From assembly GCA_003345545.1 (NCBI GenBank), contig PRDH01000076.1, positions 37,784-101,783 of the forward strand: a DNA stretch of 64,000 nt, given 5' to 3'. Position numbers and translations under genes: made by a program. Position 1 is the first letter of the stretch, and each line of letters starts with the position of its first letter. Shown piece after piece: positions 59,904-64,000 of this stretch. Below the pieces are notes generated by a model. That model was not told the origin of the DNA, did no database searches, and saw nothing but the letters and a program-made list of their open reading frames with translations. This DNA is from Candidatus Thorarchaeota archaeon. Its GTDB lineage: Archaea; Asgardarchaeota; Thorarchaeia; Thorarchaeales; Thorarchaeaceae.

Positions 59904-60132
59904 TATGTATCACTCGCTTATGCGAATTCAGGGCAAATAAAACTAGGATAGTCCTCATGTGGCGCTACAGGAAGATTGCTAGTCCTCAATAAGACCAGTC
60001 TGAGAAAATCTGCATAGTTGCTATGCCTTGCCTCTGAAGTGCGGGAGTCTGCTTAAGGCACTATGCATTGCGCCGCCCAGGATTGGGACCAGCTATTCTC
60101 GACAGAGCTCATTTCAAGAAGGAGAGAGTAGA

Positions 60133-60267
60133 ATGGAAGGATGTGTGACAGGCGCACGCTTGTAGGATGGTCTAGTCCGGTCAGTCCATTTCCGAGCAGG
60201 TCTTTATCCGCCGCCAGTCACAAGTCAATTCTCAAACATCACAGGGTCCTCTTCATGGACAAAGACC
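60133..60267 (-). pseudogene. Degenerate copy of the vhuU 3' half, SECIS and downstream hairpin
   Basis: About 86 of 136 columns identical to 63122-63256 (offset 2989, manual alignment). Translates VFVHEEDPVMFEN*LVTGGG* versus VVVDDEGREIVRKELVTSSG*. Confidence 0.7.
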
Positions 60268-60304
60268 GCTTCATCAGGAAGACTCAAGCTCGAAGCACTC
60301 ACAG

Positions 60305-61207
60305 CTATGACAGTAGCTCCATCATTCTGACACGAGTAAGGCCATCAAGGACAGTGGCCGAATAGTAAATCATCGTGTTCAGTGCCAAAACGCCATTGAG
60401 TCTTCTTAGTCGTCGCGATATGTTCTGGATGGCAAACAGGTGATCCACCATGAATACACTGAAAATCACCGGTTCTACAGCAGAGATATGGGAGTAGAAG
60501 TACTCCAATGGATATACTTCTCGTATCTCTCTGTCAATAGCCTCAGGCTGAGTTGCCTTGGAATCATATGTCAGTCTAGAAATAAACGCCATACCTTCTC
60601 CTGCGTTTGGATTCCAGACGAAAGAGAAGTCAAACGCATCACTCTCGACAAGCTCGTCGACCAGCCTTTTGACTCTTCGAGCTGTGAGCCCTGAATCCCT
60701 AGCAATATCAGAGATGCTCGCCCTTGGGTCTTCTGCTAACCATGGAAGAATCCGTAGATGCAATGGTCCCAACTTCATCTTCCTCCCAGCACTGGCTGTT
60801 GTCGGATGCACTTTGACATCAATGACGCCATCCACGGAACGAATGAAAGATGTCAATTCAAGCAAAGAAGCTGCGCCTATGTAGAACGCATGCAGGGCAA
60901 AGTCTCCAGTCGTCAAGGGAAGAAGACAAAAGATCATTGGATTGGTGCCAAGGGTCTTGAGGAGCGTGTCTTCGTCTTGGCTTCCATCCGTTTTCACTTC
61001 GACGAAGGCGAACTGGGCATCAATCATTGCAGGACGGAATGCCAGATACCACTTCCGAATGACACCGGTTTCCAGCAACTTCGCAACACGTTGCATGACG
61101 GCGTTTGAACTGATTCCTATCTTATCGGCCAAATACCTGTAGGAGTGCCGGCAATTCTGACCTAGTTCTATCCAGAGTTGCTTGTCGATAGCATCCAATC
61201 CTATCAC
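60305..61207 (-). CDS. Tandem-duplicated Lrp/AsnC-type wHTH regulator
   Basis: LDAIDKQL...NCRHSYRYLA..IGIS, and a second module ILPWLAEDPRASISDIARDSGLT. Confidence 0.85.
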   Translation of the reverse strand: MIGLDAIDKQLWIELGQNCRHSYRYLADKIGISSNAVMQRVAKLLETGVIRKWYLAFRPAMIDAQFAFVEVKTDGSQDEDTLLKTLGTNPMIFCLLPLTTGDFALHAFYIGAASLLELTSFIRSVDGVIDVKVHPTTASAGRKMKLGPLHLRILPWLAEDPRASISDIARDSGLTARRVKRLVDELVESDAFDFSFVWNPNAGEGMAFISRLTYDSKATQPEAIDREIREVYPLEYFYSHISAVEPVIFSVFMVDHLFAIQNISRRLRRLNGVLALNTMIYYSATVLDGLTRVRMMELLS

Positions 61208-61297
61208 CCTTGATGCTGTCGATATCTAGCCACGAGCTTACTATTAATCTAGACGGAAATTGGGGATAATGGCTGAGAACTCCCTGGAAAAGGACAA

Positions 61298-61323
61298 AGG
61301 ATGGAAGGAGTGCGACCAGCACA
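61298..61323. repeat. 26-bp direct repeat, copy 1 (copy 2 at 63119-63144)
   Basis: AGGATGGAAGGAGTGCGACCAGCACA versus AGGATGGAAGGAGTGCGGCCAGCACA (25/26). Confidence 0.85.
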
Positions 61324-61393
61324 TTCATGGAGCACTATCAATCTCAATAGGTTTAATTGGATGGACAGAACTGTGTAGCTGGCGGAGAGTGCA

Positions 61394-63119
61394 TTGGCTG
61401 CAGAAGGGCGACAGCAACATGACTTTGGCATCACAATCGTTCTTGTCACAATTGCTCTAGTCCTATGCCTGAATCCAATCATCGCTGTTGTGAACTCAAA
61501 TGTACCAGATCCCAGCATACTTGTAGAGTTGGGTGAAGAAGTTGATGAGCCGGAGACTTTCCTTGCGCTAACGAAAGAATACACACCAAGCTCAGCCGTT
61601 ACACTTGCCAACGATACTCCCGGGCATATTGGAAGTGCCTGGAGAGGTCTTTATTCGTCGTTCTCCAACATGTCGACGTTTGAACGCTATCTGAATATAC
61701 CTTTGAGGAACATAAGCGAGGTCATCATTGGCGCATCTTTCAGGGTTCACAATGGCCCTAGATTCATTGCCATAGGAAATGTCGATCATGAAGACACCAC
61801 AGTGCTGTATGCAACCAATTCGACACTTGGTTATGGTGGCGAAAACGTGACTCTGACCCTTCGAAGACCCCCTGAGATATTCAGGGGCTATCTCTCTGGC
61901 GCCTTCATACGTACCACAATAATGAGCATCGAAATAGAAGGTGATTACAGAGATGGGATTGAGATGACCGGATTCTGGACGCAGGCGATCCTTAATGGAG
62001 CAGTCTATCCAGTAATGGTCAACATTCAACGAACAAACGGAGTCAGTCTGTTTTCGTACCCTACAACAGCAGAGATTCGTTTATCATCGTCATTCTTGCC
62101 AAGACTGACATTCGCCAGTGGCAATTTGAGTATTCACGAAATGCCTCTTACTCAGATTAATGAAACATTCCTACTACCTTCGGAAATGTACGACGTTACA
62201 TTCCGTTGGGTGACCTATTGGCTGAATTCAAGCTATTTCCATTCCGAAGAGGAAAACATCATAGTATGGCTAGTACGCTCTGTCAGATTGGACGTAAGAC
62301 TGACTCAGAATGTGCCTCGATATGGCATAGGTATGGACTTTGAAACTTTCGGCGAAGATATCATGATAGGGGATTCTCTATCGTTCTGTCTCCCCCCCCG
62401 ACAGGAACTATAGCGTCTATGTCCATGGACCTGGCTGGAGTCGAGCTCTCACCGAACTCAGTACAGGACGTAACTTGAACATCACGATTTGGGTTGATTC
62501 GAATCTGCTAAAGCTGGGTATCATCGCGCTTCCACCTGGCAGACTACTCATGATTGTGCCCTCGTTACTCGCAGTTTCCATAATAGTATTCGGGATTAGG
62601 AAATACCAAATGGACTACATCAGACTTATCCCATTCTCTTTGCTGTCCTTGAGCTATATTCTCCCTTGGATGAGCTACGAAGCTCAAGGCTATGAGCCCA
62701 AGACGGTTCCTGTCAATTACTACCTAATCGTTTCGAATGATTATTTGGGCATGGCTAGCTCCACTTCCCAGATATCTGATAGCGCGGTTCTAGTGACTCC
62801 CGTATTCTTTCTCGCCACCCCATTGATGTATTTGCTGCTTTTCTGTGCGTTATGGGGGGTTTTGCCGAACGGTAGTCTAACGGGTCTTGAGTCTAAGAAA
62901 TCTAGTCTGGTCTTCCCAATCTCGCTCTTCTTGATTCTGTTGCTAGGAGTGTTCCACATCCTAAACATCCTCGGCATATTCCGAAGATATTACGGTATGC
63001 TGTCCGTTACGCCTGGTATAGGCCTATTCGTGGCAGCTCTTGCATTAATCGTATGGATTGCCCTGCGAATACAAAGAGCGGCGCCAGCGCTACCTACTCA
63101 GACTCCTACAGATGAATGA
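61394..63119 (+). pseudogene. Secreted-domain plus multi-TM membrane protein interrupted by a +1 frameshift in a C8 run (62392-62399)
   Basis: Removing one C joins the 61394 ORF to the 62475 ORF (LPP-DRNYSVYVHG...NLNITIW), giving about 574 aa. Confidence 0.65.
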
Positions 63120-63144
63120 GGATGGAAGGAGTGCGGCCAGCACA
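63119..63144. repeat. 26-bp direct repeat, copy 2, in the vhuU 3' region
   Basis: Matches 61298-61323 at 25 of 26 positions. Confidence 0.85.
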
Positions 63145-63158
63145 CCCTTGCGGGGTGT

Positions 63159-63196
63159 GTCAGACCCGGCCCGTTAGTTTGCGGCCGTGCCTTCAT
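63159..63196 (-). promoter_or_regulatory. Eukaryote-like SECIS element of vhuU
   Basis: AUGAA-GGCACGGCC-GCAAACUAACG-GGCCGGGUC-UGAC: UGAN/NGAN core, 9-position stem with one mismatch, apical AAA. Confidence 0.75.
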
Positions 63197-63345
63197 CCAC
63201 TGCTGGTCACAAGCTCCTTCCTGACTATCTCGCGACCCTCATCGTCGACGACGACCAGATGAGCGCCGCATGATAGTCAGCAGTCATAGCACCGAACCAC
63301 CATTTCCAGGAGGTTCAGTACCCCTTCAGGGATTTCTTCTGACAT
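63193..63345 (-). CDS. vhuU: Selenocysteine-containing small subunit of the F420-non-reducing [NiFeSe] hydrogenase
   Basis: MSEEIPEGVLNLLEMVVRCYDC(TGA=U)LSCGAHLVVVDDEGREIVRKELVTSSG*. TGA at 63277-63279 sits at the first Cys position of the DPCxxCxxH motif that the upstream large subunit lacks. Confidence 0.9.
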
Positions 63346-63396
63346 TGTAGTTCACATTTCCTTCTCTGCTTTATAATACTGAGGTATGGTCATTTT

Positions 63397-64000
63397 CTAG
63401 GTCTTCACCATTGGGTCAGGTAGTTTCAGACTCTCGTGAGCCTTGTCCTCAAAGATCTGCTTTGCAGCAACCATGAGGCTCTTTTCAATCCCAGCAATGT
63501 TGTTGTTGGTAGCAACAATGAGGTTCGCCTTCACAAGCATGCCCTTGTCATCGCTGACATAGTTATGCAGTAGTGTCCCTCTTGGTGCCTCGACAATACC
63601 GACACCGTCACCGGCCTTTGGTTCAACATCTGAGAGTTTCACGTCGGTGCTCACAATCTCTGGATCTTCCAGTAGTTTCTTGATCGACTCAGCAGCTTGC
63701 ACCAGCTCCACTATTCGTGCATAGTGGTACGCAAAGGTGTGGTGTGAAGGTCTGCCAATGAGCTCTCTCATCTCCTTCAGTGCCGCATTGGCAAGAGGAG
63801 TTGCCATCTTGTCTGCAACATTGCATCGAGCAAGAGTGTTGGCTCTCCAGATGCCTTCAGGGTATCCTGCAGGCTTGTAGTAGATATGAGTGGCATAGCT
63901 ATGTTCTGATACGTGCTCTCCGTAGTACTTGGTGTAGTCCTTGGGCTCGAAGTCAGCGACAATCTTGCCATTCGGATCCATGACACGAACAGTCCCATCA
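63397..64000 (-). CDS. vhuA: F420-non-reducing [NiFe(Se)] hydrogenase large subunit, split VhuA type (5' end outside window)
   Basis: YGEHVSEHSYA, HYARIVEL, GVGIVEAPRGTLLHNY, ANLIVATNNN; stops without the C-terminal CxxC. Confidence 0.88.
   Translation of the reverse strand, partial: DGTVRVMDPNGKIVADFEPKDYTKYYGEHVSEHSYATHIYYKPAGYPEGIWRANTLARCNVADKMATPLANAALKEMRELIGRPSHHTFAYHYARIVELVQAAESIKKLLEDPEIVSTDVKLSDVEPKAGDGVGIVEAPRGTLLHNYVSDDKGMLVKANLIVATNNNIAGIEKSLMVAAKQIFEDKAHESLKLPDPMVKT

Noticed and set aside
60133-63144. Calling the repeat-flanked segment an autonomous mobile element
   Set aside because: No integrase, transposase or terminal inverted repeats are visible; reported only as an inferred insertion scar

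Overview
Archaeal chromosomal DNA, most consistent with an Asgard archaeon (Thorarchaeia-like). This is inferred from a gelsolin-like gene, standalone LRR proteins, duplicated Lrp-type wHTH proteins, archaeal-type PAS histidine kinases, a split VhuA/VhuU hydrogenase and a eukaryote-type SECIS. About 55 CDSs are present, mostly metabolic, transport and regulatory. I found no rRNA, tRNA, CRISPR array, transposase or integrase. Main highlights, largely missed by the ORF track: (1) a hidden 50-aa selenoprotein VhuU (63193-63345, in-frame TGA in the Ni-binding motif) whose own stop codon forms the AUGA core of a eukaryote-like SECIS; (2) two extra copies of the vhuU 3' region (60133-60267 and 61298-61323) bracketing cargo genes, suggesting repeated insertion at this site; (3) two PAS histidine kinases with a C-terminal CxxC thioredoxin domain, one a His-less pseudokinase, plus a receiver-DHp protein and a neighbouring TusA/DsrE locus, which together could be an undescribed redox or sulfur signalling system; (4) a gelsolin-like gene at the left edge, a B-box membrane protein pair, a 30-His NfeD/flotillin partner, an RGG-tailed SSB and an unannotated 39-aa small ORF. 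All calls come from reading motifs by eye; no database searches were run.
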